A model generated the notes under the pieces. It was given only the letters and a program-made list of their open reading frames with translations, was not told where the DNA came from and did no database searches. From assembly GCA_024405635.1 (NCBI GenBank), contig JAKSOL010000027.1, positions 1-34,976 of the forward strand: DNA of 34,976 bases, in the 5' to 3' direction. The DNA comes from Salinivirgaceae bacterium (GTDB taxonomy: Bacteria > Bacteroidota > Bacteroidia > Bacteroidales > SZUA-534). Shown piece after piece: positions 8,316 to 21,156 of the stretch. A program made the position numbers and the translations under genes. Each line of letters starts with the position of its first letter. Positions within the stretch are counted from its first letter, which is position 1.

Positions 8316-9152
8316 ATGGAACTGTTTATTAATTGGAATCCAAACCCAATAGTTTTTCAACTAAAAATTCCAGAAGCAATACCATTAATAGGTGGCGATG
8401 TTTTAGCACCTCGTTGGTATGGCATGCTGTTTGCTTTGGCCATTGTAGTTGGCTATTGGATTATGGGCAAAGTGTTTAAGCGCGAAAAAAAGGACCCTGA
8501 AATTATGGACAACATGCTGGTTTATATGGTTTTGGGTACAATTGTCGGCGCACGAGTTGGGCATTGTTTGTTTTACGAACCTGCATATTATTTGTCGCAC
8601 CCAATTTCAATACTCAAAATTTGGGAAGGCGGACTTGCTAGTCATGGAGCAGGAATAGGCATACTGTTTAGCTTCTATCTTTTCTCGCGAAAATACAAGA
8701 TGGATTTCTTTTGGATTATGGACCGAATGGCAATGCTAATTGCACTTTCGGGCTTATTTATCCGCACAGGAAACCTAATAAATTCAGAAATTTGCGGCAA
8801 ACCAACCGATTTATCATTTGGATTTATTTTTGAAGCCTTGGGCGAAGATTTTGCTCGTCACCCATCACAATTATACGAGGCTGCCGGCTATAGCGTCATT
8901 TTTGTCATTTTGTTGCTTCTTTATGTTTACACCAATGCTGGCAATTTGCGCGGAATGTTGGTAGGCTTGGGTTTGGTGTTGGTATTTGGATTCCGAATAG
9001 CAATTGAGTTTACCAAAGAGGTTCAGGTTGATTTTGAAAAAGGAATGATACTAGATATGGGACAATGGTTAAGTGTTCCATTTGTGTTAGGTGGCATTGC
9101 CTTGATTTATTATTCATTAACCAACAGAAAAAAAGATGAAAAAGCTATTTAA
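8316..9152 (+). CDS. lgt: Prolipoprotein diacylglyceryl transferase
   Basis: RWYG, GARVGHCLFY, IWEGGLASHG, RTGNLINSEICG, RHPSQLYEA and MGQWLSVP motifs. Confidence 0.97.
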   Translation: MELFINWNPNPIVFQLKIPEAIPLIGGDVLAPRWYGMLFALAIVVGYWIMGKVFKREKKDPEIMDNMLVYMVLGTIVGARVGHCLFYEPAYYLSHPISILKIWEGGLASHGAGIGILFSFYLFSRKYKMDFFWIMDRMAMLIALSGLFIRTGNLINSEICGKPTDLSFGFIFEALGEDFARHPSQLYEAAGYSVIFVILLLLYVYTNAGNLRGMLVGLGLVLVFGFRIAIEFTKEVQVDFEKGMILDMGQWLSVPFVLGGIALIYYSLTNRKKDEKAI

Positions 9153-9753
9153 TATACTCGCTATCAGCAGTTTAATGCTACTTACCGCATGCAGTAAAGA
9201 CGATGATATTAAAGTAATAACACCAGGCGATTTCCTACCAGCCTACCCTCTTTCGTATTGGGACTACAGCGACGGTTCGCGCATTCTCACATCAAGCAAT
9301 TATGTGCACCATAGTTACCACGCTTCAACATCATCAAAAAACGAAACTCAAGAGTGTTTAGTTCCAATTTGGGACGGCAAATACTTATACAAATACAGCA
9401 TATATCAGCAATCGACAACAATGCCATTGCGCAAACTATTAAATGCCACAGGCTCAAACGCTTGGGTGGTTGAAGAAAACAATGGTGTAACTGTAAAACG
9501 AACCGAAACTCATCTTGACTCGTTGACAATTTCGTGGAAAAACAACACCGATACCACGTTCAAAGATGTGTATATGGTTACCGAACATCTTGGACACTTT
9601 GACTATAAAACCAAGTGGAGCATTCGCGAATACTACGCAAAATACGTTGGACTTATTAGGGTTGAAGTTAACAATCCTTACCAAGATGTAGCTACACCTG
9701 TTATACAAAAAGACTTGCGCTCTTACAGTATTAAATTCCCCGAAAACAACTAA
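9136..9753 (+). CDS. Hypothetical lipoprotein
   Basis: Lipobox LLTA-C followed by SKDDD; YYAKYVGLI near the C-terminus; overlaps the lgt stop. Confidence 0.75.
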   Translation: MKKLFNILAISSLMLLTACSKDDDIKVITPGDFLPAYPLSYWDYSDGSRILTSSNYVHHSYHASTSSKNETQECLVPIWDGKYLYKYSIYQQSTTMPLRKLLNATGSNAWVVEENNGVTVKRTETHLDSLTISWKNNTDTTFKDVYMVTEHLGHFDYKTKWSIREYYAKYVGLIRVEVNNPYQDVATPVIQKDLRSYSIKFPENN

Positions 9754-9754
9754 A

Positions 9755-10366
9755 ATGCACAGCTTCCCTTTTCGGTACACCGACCGAGTGGTTCTTTATC
9801 TTGAGAACAAAGAAACCGAAACGGATGCTCTTCGAAAAATTGAACATGCGCTTGGTTTACAACTAGATGCAACAACATCGGGTTGGCCTTTTGTGGGAAA
9901 AACAAGCATTGAAACCAACGTTAAAATTGATGCCATTTCAATTGTTGTTGTTTATAGCATAAACCTACGGGGCAACAACTTGGCACTATTAATATGCGTG
10001 CTAACTGGCTTATTTTTAGGAATTAACAATTTTAACACCATCACAACCATAATAACTCTGCTATCGGTTGTTGCATACATAGCAATGATTGTTATTCAAA
10101 ATGCACATGTAAAAAAGCTGATAATAGAAACACTGGGCCAACCTCAAATTGAAGGCGAAACAAGCATTTGGGACAAGCAAAAACGTTGGATGCAACAGCC
10201 CGAAGTTTGCCCAGCTTGCGGAACTCCGCGCAACGAATACAGCAACCGTTGTGTTGCTTGCGGAATAAAACTTCCACAAACAAAGCAAATTAAAAGCAAC
10301 GCAACCATTTGCAGTTCAAACAATTACAACATAACCTATCAATACAAAGAGCAATGCGAAAAATAG
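9755..10366 (+). CDS. Two-TM membrane protein with C-terminal zinc ribbon
   Basis: Two hydrophobic helices; CPACG...CVACG; starts 1 nt after the previous stop. Confidence 0.7.
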   Translation: MHSFPFRYTDRVVLYLENKETETDALRKIEHALGLQLDATTSGWPFVGKTSIETNVKIDAISIVVVYSINLRGNNLALLICVLTGLFLGINNFNTITTIITLLSVVAYIAMIVIQNAHVKKLIIETLGQPQIEGETSIWDKQKRWMQQPEVCPACGTPRNEYSNRCVACGIKLPQTKQIKSNATICSSNNYNITYQYKEQCEK

Positions 10367-10899
10367 CTGCAAACATCGTTTTTACAGGAGTTGGCGCCCC
10401 AATAAAAAATGGACATGTTGTGGTTGACGACAACGGATATATTATTGACGTTGTTGACTCGGGCGGTCAAATAGTTGAAATTGAAGGACTTGAGTATTTC
10501 AACGGGATATTAATTCCTGGACTTGTATTGGGATGCAAAAATGTTGAAGTAACCGAACAATTGAGCAAAGTGCTTTGGCGAATGGGAGTGCAAGCCATTG
10601 TTGGAAACAACATAAGTGCAACTACAAAGCTGCAAACTCAAGCCATTATAACCAACATGTCCGACGACAAACTAGTACAAATGCAACCAAACCAATACAA
10701 CTTTTTGCAACCTACTGATGGATACAATTTTGAACAATGGCTTAACAAACTTACCTCAGAGGCAGCAAAAAAATTAAACTTACAATTTTGCTTTGGTAGT
10801 TTTCAAAAAGGTGTAAAACCTGGCATTCTGCTGGTTTCGCCATTTAACTTTGCAACTAATTCACTAACAGCAGATTCGGTTGTAACAAGATTAGTGTAA
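10354..10899 (+). CDS. Short amidohydrolase-derived protein lacking the metal-binding HxH motif (181 aa from ATG 10354)
   Basis: N-terminus MRKIAANIVF...IKNGHVVVDDNGYI...NGILIPGLV and C-terminus LTSEAAKKL...GSFQKGVKPGILLV match the beta-sandwich ends of metal-dependent amidohydrolases, but the core is far shorter than usual. Confidence 0.65.
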   Translation: MRKIAANIVFTGVGAPIKNGHVVVDDNGYIIDVVDSGGQIVEIEGLEYFNGILIPGLVLGCKNVEVTEQLSKVLWRMGVQAIVGNNISATTKLQTQAIITNMSDDKLVQMQPNQYNFLQPTDGYNFEQWLNKLTSEAAKKLNLQFCFGSFQKGVKPGILLVSPFNFATNSLTADSVVTRLV

Positions 10900-11858
10900 T
10901 GGCCCAACAATACACCATATTATATAGTCCTTTAAATTGGGGATTAGGTCATGCAACTCGTTGTGTTCCGCTAATTAACAAAGCCATAACCGATGGCCAC
11001 AAGGTTGTAATAGCCACAAATGGTGCCGCACTTAATTATTTGCAAAACGAAATACAAAACGCACAATTTGAGCAACTTAATGGTTACAACATGCACTATG
11101 CTCGTTGGCCATTTTTGCCATTAGTAATAGCACTACAAGCGCCTTTACTTTTTTTGTCGTTGATTTTTGAACGAGTACAAACGTGCAAAATTGTTAAACA
11201 ACACAACGTTACACACATTGTGAGCGACAACCGATATGGCGTGCATTGCAAAAAATGCCACAACAGCATCATAACACATCAATTATACCTACCTCTACCC
11301 AAATGGCTAAAAGTTATACAACCAATAGTAAATGCCATTATTCAACTGATACTCAACAAATTTGACAGCATATTAGTTCCCGACTTAGCCGAAAACGAAA
11401 AAAGCCTAAGTGGCAAATTATCGCATGGCGGCAAACTAGACTCCAGAGTAAAATACATTGGACCGCAATCGCGATTCGTTAATGTAACCGAAAGTAAATC
11501 AAGCAGTTTCAACCCCGATGTATTAGTTGTGCTATCGGGCAAAAACGCACAAAACAAAAAGTTGATTAAATCGCTTTGCAAACAATACAAAAACAACGAA
11601 AAACAGTTGCTTATAGTTTGTGGCACTGCAACCGATTATAGTGCAAATTCAGCACGTAACATTCACATTATAAACTACCTACCAACCAACCAACTTGCTT
11701 ATCTTTTAAAACACACAAAAACAATAATCGTTAGGTCGGGCTACTCCACTGTTATGGATTTGTACACACTACAACGCACTCAAGGTATTATTTGGATACC
11801 ATTAAAAGGGCAATGGGAACAAGAGTATTTGTCTGAAAGACTAAAACAAAAAGCATAA
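10899..11858 (+). CDS. GT-B glycosyltransferase (MurG/GT28-like)
   Basis: YSPLNWGLGHATRC, IVSDNRYG, ITHQL, IVRSGYSTVMDL and IP.KGQWEQEYL; TAATG coupling to the previous gene. Confidence 0.88.
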   Translation: MAQQYTILYSPLNWGLGHATRCVPLINKAITDGHKVVIATNGAALNYLQNEIQNAQFEQLNGYNMHYARWPFLPLVIALQAPLLFLSLIFERVQTCKIVKQHNVTHIVSDNRYGVHCKKCHNSIITHQLYLPLPKWLKVIQPIVNAIIQLILNKFDSILVPDLAENEKSLSGKLSHGGKLDSRVKYIGPQSRFVNVTESKSSSFNPDVLVVLSGKNAQNKKLIKSLCKQYKNNEKQLLIVCGTATDYSANSARNIHIINYLPTNQLAYLLKHTKTIIVRSGYSTVMDLYTLQRTQGIIWIPLKGQWEQEYLSERLKQKA

Positions 11859-12058
11859 CTTATCAGCGCCATCTATTTGCTTTTCAGCATTTTACAAACA
11901 CAACAGGCACAGCATGGCGCAATAGCGCAAAAACAGAGCACATACTCATTTAAAGGCAATATGTTAATAAGGTTTTAATTTTATTACAGCCAAAACCATT
12001 GAAAATCAGCAAAAAAAACGTAGTATTGTTCAACACATACATGTAACACCAACTGCTA

Positions 12059-14266
12059 ATGTTAAGCCAAAACAATAACAAGTTCCGTTCTAGAACAAAA
12101 AACAAACTTTTGACTTTGTTGTTAAGTTGTGTATTGCTCACAAACTGCACCAACAACACACAACAAGCCCCAAGCAGCAACTACGTTTGGCGTAATGTTG
12201 AAATTGGCGGCGGCGGGTTTGTAACTGGCATCATTACATGCCCTACCGAGCCCAACCTTGTTTTTGCCCGCACCGATATTGGCGGCGCATATCGTTGGAT
12301 TGATTCAACAAAATCGTGGAAACCTATAACCGATTTTATTGGCGCTAACGATGCAACAATTTTAGGAATTGAAAGTGTGGCCATTGACCCTCAAAACCCA
12401 AACAACATATACATTTCGGCAGGAATAAACTATTTGTCACCTGCAACTTCGTACATACTAATATCGCACGACTACGGCGATAGTTTTCAAAAAGTTGATG
12501 TAACAAAACAATTTACCATACACGCAAACGGTCCTGGCCGACAATGCGGCGAGCGTTTAGCTGTAGATCCAAATTGTAGCAACATTATACTTTGTGGCAC
12601 ACGATTCAACGGATTGTGGCGCAGTTCTGATAGTGGATTATCATGGGAACGAGAATTTGGATTTCCATTACATAATCAGAATGAAACAGCAAACAACGGC
12701 ATTTGTTGCGTGTTGTTTGACGAGCAATCGGGCAAAAAAGGCTCACCAACACCTGTCATTTATGCTGGATTATCGCGAATTGGCGACAACAATCTTTACG
12801 TTTCAAAAGATGGAGGAAAAAGCTGGTCACCTGTAAAAGGAGCCCGAACCGACATGATGCCTCATCAAATTAAGCTGAATGACAACAAGTTATACGTTAC
12901 ATACAACGACCACGAAGGTCCTTGGAACACAAAACAAGGAAGCATTAACTGCTTTGACATTGCAAAACAAAAATGGTCCGATGTTTCGCCACAACAACCA
13001 TTTTCAATGGGAGGTATAAGCATCAGTAACGATGGTAAAACTCTTTTGGCCAGCAGTTTAAACCAATGGGTATTTCAAAGTAAAGAATTAAACATTGATG
13101 GCGACGAAGTGTATCGCAGCAACAACGGCGGTAAAACTTGGGAAAAATTGTTTCAAAGCAACCTTGCCAATGTTAGCAATGGCGAAATTAGTTGGATGGA
13201 TAAGTTCTCAATGTATTGGGTTTCAGACATTGAAATTGACCCTTTCAATAGCAAACGAGCTTGGGCAAATTCGGGTTGCGGAATATTTATGACCGAAAAT
13301 CTTGACGACTCAATTTCAAATTGGGTTTTCACTCCAAAGGGAATGAACCAATCGGTTTGTTTAAGTGCAGTTAGTTTGCCATCGGGTGAATTGGTTTCGT
13401 GCATGATCGATTTTGATGGCTATGTACATAGCGATTTGCTTAGTTACCCAAATAAAATACATACCCCAAGCATCGGCACAAACTCAAGTGTAGCCTACGC
13501 TGGACAAAAACCAAACATTGTTATACGAGCAGGCGGTTTTGCCAACAACCAGGCAGTTTTAATATCAAACGATTGTGCTCAAACTTGGCAGCAAATAAAA
13601 ACCGAAAGCATTGGACGGTATCGAGGTCAAATAACAATAAACGCCGATGGCAGTTGCGTTGTTTGGTCTCCCGAAAATGACAATCACACATATTGGACAA
13701 CCGATTGGGGTGAAAATTGGAATATATGCATTGGCACTCAAAATGCACATTTTAGCCCTGTTGCCGATTCGTACAATCCTTCATTTATATATGGATTATC
13801 GGCCAATGGCATTTTATATGTAAGCCGAAATGCAGGCAGTAGCTTTGAACAATATCAAACTAGCATTGCACCAGTTTATGGCAATGTGATTAGTGTAAAT
13901 CATACAAAAACTGGCGAAATATTGGTACCAGGCAACAATGGATTGTTTCGCATCAATGTAACCAATAAAGACATTGACATTAAAGCAATTAAAAGCATAA
14001 CTCACTGCGAAGCTGTTGGTTATGGAGTACCGGCTCCTAATCGAAAAAATGCAACCATATACATTTTTGGAACCCCACAAAACCAACCAACTGGCATTTA
14101 TAGGAGTATTGACGATGGCGAAACTTGGGTTCGCATTAACAACGATCACTCACAATACGGCGGACCTGGCAACGGTCATTTTATTATTGGCGACAAAAAA
14201 GTATTTGGTCGTGTTTTTATGAGCACCATTGGCCGCGGTATTGTTTATGGCGAATTGTGCGACTAA
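12059..14266 (+). CDS. GH74 xyloglucanase-like double beta-propeller lipoprotein
   Basis: Lipobox-like LLTN-C; WRNVEIGGGGFVTG; ARTDIGGAYRW (catalytic Asp); GERLAVDP; LVSCMIDFDGY (second Asp); several BNR S.D.G..W repeats; C-terminal GRGIVYGE. Confidence 0.88.
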   Translation: MLSQNNNKFRSRTKNKLLTLLLSCVLLTNCTNNTQQAPSSNYVWRNVEIGGGGFVTGIITCPTEPNLVFARTDIGGAYRWIDSTKSWKPITDFIGANDATILGIESVAIDPQNPNNIYISAGINYLSPATSYILISHDYGDSFQKVDVTKQFTIHANGPGRQCGERLAVDPNCSNIILCGTRFNGLWRSSDSGLSWEREFGFPLHNQNETANNGICCVLFDEQSGKKGSPTPVIYAGLSRIGDNNLYVSKDGGKSWSPVKGARTDMMPHQIKLNDNKLYVTYNDHEGPWNTKQGSINCFDIAKQKWSDVSPQQPFSMGGISISNDGKTLLASSLNQWVFQSKELNIDGDEVYRSNNGGKTWEKLFQSNLANVSNGEISWMDKFSMYWVSDIEIDPFNSKRAWANSGCGIFMTENLDDSISNWVFTPKGMNQSVCLSAVSLPSGELVSCMIDFDGYVHSDLLSYPNKIHTPSIGTNSSVAYAGQKPNIVIRAGGFANNQAVLISNDCAQTWQQIKTESIGRYRGQITINADGSCVVWSPENDNHTYWTTDWGENWNICIGTQNAHFSPVADSYNPSFIYGLSANGILYVSRNAGSSFEQYQTSIAPVYGNVISVNHTKTGEILVPGNNGLFRINVTNKDIDIKAIKSITHCEAVGYGVPAPNRKNATIYIFGTPQNQPTGIYRSIDDGETWVRINNDHSQYGGPGNGHFIIGDKKVFGRVFMSTIGRGIVYGELCD

Positions 14267-14307
14267 AATTTGCTATCAATGGCACTAAGTTTTAGTAACT
14301 AGTTTTG

Positions 14308-15162
14308 CTAAAACAATTTATCACAACTCGAAACGATGATAATGAACAAAGCAATAGTTGCATTTAACATGAGCATTGCTAACAAATTAGACATTGCGCA
14401 CAACATTATGCTACGCAAATAGCCTATTCTAAACAACTGGTGCATATCCCAAACAAAATAAACAAAGGGTAGCAGAAACATTATTTTACTTATTAGCTCA
14501 TTACTGCAAAATTGTTGTATTGGCATCAGTATTATTACTAACATAATTACCTGACACACAATATAAACCATGCAATAAAAATGTTCGGCAAGAGACATTT
14601 TGCTGCCTCGTTCGGTTTTACGAAAACAAAGCCTATTTGGTAATACAAACCATATGACTAACAAAATAGAAAAAAACGACTGATTATTAGTCAACCAATT
14701 GGCAACTGCTTGTATTATTGTCCATAAACGATTGCCAGTTTCAGTGTTATCATCAATATTTATTGAAGAGATAGATTGTATTTGCCCGTTCAAAAAGTAT
14801 TGTAGCGACAACATAATGAAGCAGAGCAAAAAGAGCAACTGAATTGGTTTTACATACTCTTTACGTTTTCCATCTAAATAATCGGCCATCATATAACCAG
14901 GCCTAAAGCACAATTCAATGCATGTGTGAATCAATCCTTGGTCATAATTTGTAATTATGCCAACAACATCGTTTATGCCTTGAAAAAACGACAATTTACT
15001 AGTTCTTGCCTCTTGTCCGCAATTAGGGCAATAATTGCCTTTAAAATGGGTTTTGCAATTTAGGCACACACATTCAGTTGATTGTTCAATATTGACAGAG
15101 GGAAGATGATTGCCATTTTGCTGCCATCTTACAAATCTTGTATATATACCTTTTAGCGTCAT
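14308..15162 (-). CDS. DUF3667 domain membrane protein (ATG at 15162 preferred over TTG at 15204)
   Basis: CLNCKTHFKGNYCPNCGQ; RPG.M..DYLDGKRKEYVKPIQL; multiple TM segments. Confidence 0.85.
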   Translation of the reverse strand: MTLKGIYTRFVRWQQNGNHLPSVNIEQSTECVCLNCKTHFKGNYCPNCGQEARTSKLSFFQGINDVVGIITNYDQGLIHTCIELCFRPGYMMADYLDGKRKEYVKPIQLLFLLCFIMLSLQYFLNGQIQSISSINIDDNTETGNRLWTIIQAVANWLTNNQSFFSILLVIWFVLPNRLCFRKTERGSKMSLAEHFYCMVYIVCQVIMLVIILMPIQQFCSNELISKIMFLLPFVYFVWDMHQLFRIGYLRSIMLCAMSNLLAMLMLNATIALFIIIVSSCDKLF

Positions 15163-15287
15163 TAAAAGAAGATGTATAAATGTTTTTCGATTAACACAAT
15201 GCAATAAAGTTGCATGTTGGGTGTTTAAAATTTGGCGCTAAACTATATCTAAACAAAGAATTATGTGAACTTTTTTTTAATAAAGAA

Positions 15288-15322
15288 TTGATGTGCTAAA
15301 CGCATTGTGCCCAGCACATCAA
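15288..15322 (-). terminator. Stem-loop, probable terminator after the small lipoprotein gene
   Basis: Perfect 10-bp stem TTGATGTGCT...AGCACATCAA followed by TTCTTTATT on the minus strand. Confidence 0.55.
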
Positions 15323-15387
15323 CACTAAACACATTATATTTCAGACCATTGTCTGCTTGTATGAAAGGAATATAGTACACAAGTGCT

Positions 15388-15804
15388 CTACTTGCAATCT
15401 TGAACTATGCTGATATGGCTGAATGCATCGCCACACTCTATTCCCACTTCAATAAAACGAGAATAGTGTGTATTATTTGGCTCAACAATTACGCAAATGT
15501 TTTTGCCAGTAACTTTAGCTTGCAAAATTCTGCATTTAATGTCTTGAAAATTAAACGCACTATCACTCTGGTAAATTTCAAGATATTTACCGTTTAGACT
15601 CACATAATCAAACCATCCCGATGGGTAGTTTTTGAGCTGACAACGCAATGTGTCGCCATTTGCCGAAGCAACAAAACTACTCTTCGACAATTTAATTGGA
15701 TCCCAATCGCCGTCACGGGTTACTACTTCAATTTTGCAACATGCACCAAGAATTGCTATGCAGCACACTGATAGTGCCATCATTTTCAAGAATCGTGTTT
15801 TCAT
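15388..15804 (-). CDS. Small lipoprotein, BACON/Ig-like (ATG at 15804 preferred)
   Basis: MKTRFLKMM...ILGA-C lipobox; DGDWDPIKLSK; VIVEPN...R...V....GD....I.IVQ pattern typical of BACON-like domains. Confidence 0.65.
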   Translation of the reverse strand: MKTRFLKMMALSVCCIAILGACCKIEVVTRDGDWDPIKLSKSSFVASANGDTLRCQLKNYPSGWFDYVSLNGKYLEIYQSDSAFNFQDIKCRILQAKVTGKNICVIVEPNNTHYSRFIEVGIECGDAFSHISIVQDCK

Positions 15805-15935
15805 AATATCTGGTTGTTTAATTCGGTTATATGACATTTAAACAACACTCAACCCTACGTGCAAACTAAAAAAAGACCCTACAAAATTTAATTTGCACAA
15901 GCAACACAGATGCAAAAAACGCTGATAATCAGCGA

Positions 15936-16796
15936 CTAAACGCACGATTGCATTTTCTGCCAAATTGCAACAGCCTCGCAAGCTTCAGCCACATCGTGAA
16001 CGCGCAAAATTTTTGCTCCTTTGGCAAGCGCTATAGTATTTAGCACTGTTGTTCCATTAAGCGAGGCGTCGGGAGATGTATTTAACAATTTATAAATCAT
16101 CGACTTACGTGATATGCCTACAAACAACGGGAAACCAAATCGGTGTAGTTGCTCCATTTTCCCGAATAGTTCGTAGTTCTGCTCAAGCGTTTTTGCAAAG
16201 CCAAAACCCGGGTCAATAAGTATTTGATTTACACCATATTGTTGCAGTTGCGCAATTTTTTCTTCAAAGTAATTGAGCACATTGCCCATAAAATCGGAAT
16301 ATGTAGTTTGTTCGCTATTCTGCATGGTTTGCGGAGTTCCACGCATGTGCATCAAAACGTAAGGCACGTCCAACTTGCCAACCGCTGCAAACATTTCATT
16401 ATCAAGTTGTCCGCCCGAAACATCATTAATAATATCAACCTTAAAATTATTTACAGCATCGGTTGCAATTTGGCTACGGAAGGTGTCGAGCGAAAGAATT
16501 GCATCGGGATATTTTTTGCGAATGGCAGTCAACACAGGTTCCAATCGGGCCCACTCCTCACTATTCGTAACTTCGGCAGCTCCGGAACGAGTTGAATACG
16601 CTCCAACATCAATAATATCGGCCCCTTGCGCAAGCATTTGCTCTACTCTTTCCATTGCCGCGTCAACATTTGCAGTTCGACTATTGGCATAAAAACTATC
16701 GCTCGTAACATTCAAAATGCCCATAACTGCCGGTTTGTCTAAATTCAGAATGGTGTTATGGCATTTAATTTTATGTGTATCAGCAATTTGCTTCAT
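15936..16796 (-). CDS. folP: Dihydropteroate synthase
   Basis: VMGILNVTSDSFY, IIDVGAYSTR, IINDVSGG, LMHMRG, IDPGFGFAK, GISRKS and LRVHDV. Confidence 0.97.
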   Translation of the reverse strand: MKQIADTHKIKCHNTILNLDKPAVMGILNVTSDSFYANSRTANVDAAMERVEQMLAQGADIIDVGAYSTRSGAAEVTNSEEWARLEPVLTAIRKKYPDAILSLDTFRSQIATDAVNNFKVDIINDVSGGQLDNEMFAAVGKLDVPYVLMHMRGTPQTMQNSEQTTYSDFMGNVLNYFEEKIAQLQQYGVNQILIDPGFGFAKTLEQNYELFGKMEQLHRFGFPLFVGISRKSMIYKLLNTSPDASLNGTTVLNTIALAKGAKILRVHDVAEACEAVAIWQKMQSCV

Positions 16797-16880
16797 ATTG
16801 TCAGTTTTAAATAATTTGCGGCTATTTACAAATTTTTGCTGGACTCTCGTTCGCTCTTGTTAAAAACTATTGATATGTAA

Positions 16881-20081
<3,201 letters not shown>

Positions 20082-20101
20082 TTAAAAATCAACATTATAA
20101 A

Positions 20102-20136
20102 GCAAAAGCCAGTCCCAAAAAAGGATTGGCTTTTGT
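20102..20136 (+). terminator. Intrinsic terminator after the GH2 gene
   Basis: CAAAAGCCAGTCC-caaaaaa-GGATTGGCTTTTG followed by TTGTTT. Confidence 0.8.
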
Positions 20137-20185
20137 TGTTTCAATAATTAACACTGCCTTAACACTCGCAATGCCGCGCAAATTC

Positions 20186-20193
20186 TACATTTG
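20186..20193 (+). promoter_or_regulatory. Bacteroidota -7 box (TACATTTG) for the gld-type ABC operon
   Basis: Exact TAnnTTTG 18 nt upstream of the ATG. Confidence 0.7.
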
Positions 20194-20211
20194 TGGCTCT
20201 AAACCAGATTT

Positions 20212-21141
20212 ATGAACGTTGTTATTAAGAACTTAACCCAAAAATACGGCAATCAATATGCAGTTGACAACTTGTCGTTTGAAGTTAAGACAGGCGAAAT
20301 TGTTGGATTTTTGGGACCAAATGGTGCAGGTAAAACAACCACAATGAAAGCCATAACAGGCTACATTGAACCTACCGATGGCGAAGTGTTTGTAGGCAAC
20401 ATTTCTGTAACCGAAAACCCAAACGAAACAAAACGCCACATTGGTTATCTGCCAGAGCACAATCCTTTGTATGTAGATATGCCAATAATCGACTACTTGC
20501 GCTATATGGCAGAGCTACAAGGCATTAGCAAAAATAAAATAACCGACCGTGTGCTCGAAATGGTTCATATTTGCGGACTTGAAGGCGAAAAACACAAACT
20601 TATTGGCGAACTTTCAAAAGGCTATCGCCAACGTGTTGGTCTAGCCCAAGCGCTTATTCACGACCCCGAAGTATTGATTCTTGACGAGCCAACCACAGGA
20701 CTCGATCCAAACCAAATATTTGAAATTAGAGAACTGATTAAACGCATAGGACGTGAAAAAACCGTCATTTTAAGTTCGCACATTTTAGCCGAAGTTGAAG
20801 CCACTTGCGACCGCATAATAATCATCAACCACGGCAAAATTGTAGCCAACGGCACAGCTAATCAACTACGCAAAGCTGAACATGGCAACGAAATTGTTCA
20901 AGTGTGCATTGAGGACGCCGACCGCAATGTGGTTTTCGAAAAATTACAGCAAATAAGTTCAATTGAGTTAGTTGACACAAACATTGACAACCCACAAATG
21001 TTTGAAGTTCAAGCAAAAGCAAATCAATCGTGCAAACGCGACATTTTTGCGCTTTGTGTGGCTCAAGGTTGGACTATTACCGAACTACACACCGTTGAAA
21101 CAAAACTTGAAGACGTGTTCCGCGACCTTACACTAAAATAA
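20212..21141 (+). CDS. gldA: ABC transporter ATP-binding protein, GldA-like
   Basis: Walker A GPNGAGKTT; GYLPEHNPLY; signature LSKGYRQRV; Walker B ILDEPT; SSHIL; LEDVF tail. Confidence 0.85.
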   Translation: MNVVIKNLTQKYGNQYAVDNLSFEVKTGEIVGFLGPNGAGKTTTMKAITGYIEPTDGEVFVGNISVTENPNETKRHIGYLPEHNPLYVDMPIIDYLRYMAELQGISKNKITDRVLEMVHICGLEGEKHKLIGELSKGYRQRVGLAQALIHDPEVLILDEPTTGLDPNQIFEIRELIKRIGREKTVILSSHILAEVEATCDRIIIINHGKIVANGTANQLRKAEHGNEIVQVCIEDADRNVVFEKLQQISSIELVDTNIDNPQMFEVQAKANQSCKRDIFALCVAQGWTITELHTVETKLEDVFRDLTLK

Positions 21142-21156
21142 CCTAACACACTGACA

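Noticed and set aside
15920-15934. Palindrome CGCTGATAATCAGCG at the folP stop
   Set aside because: A single short copy; it may be a weak terminator, but no function or repeat family is supportable here.
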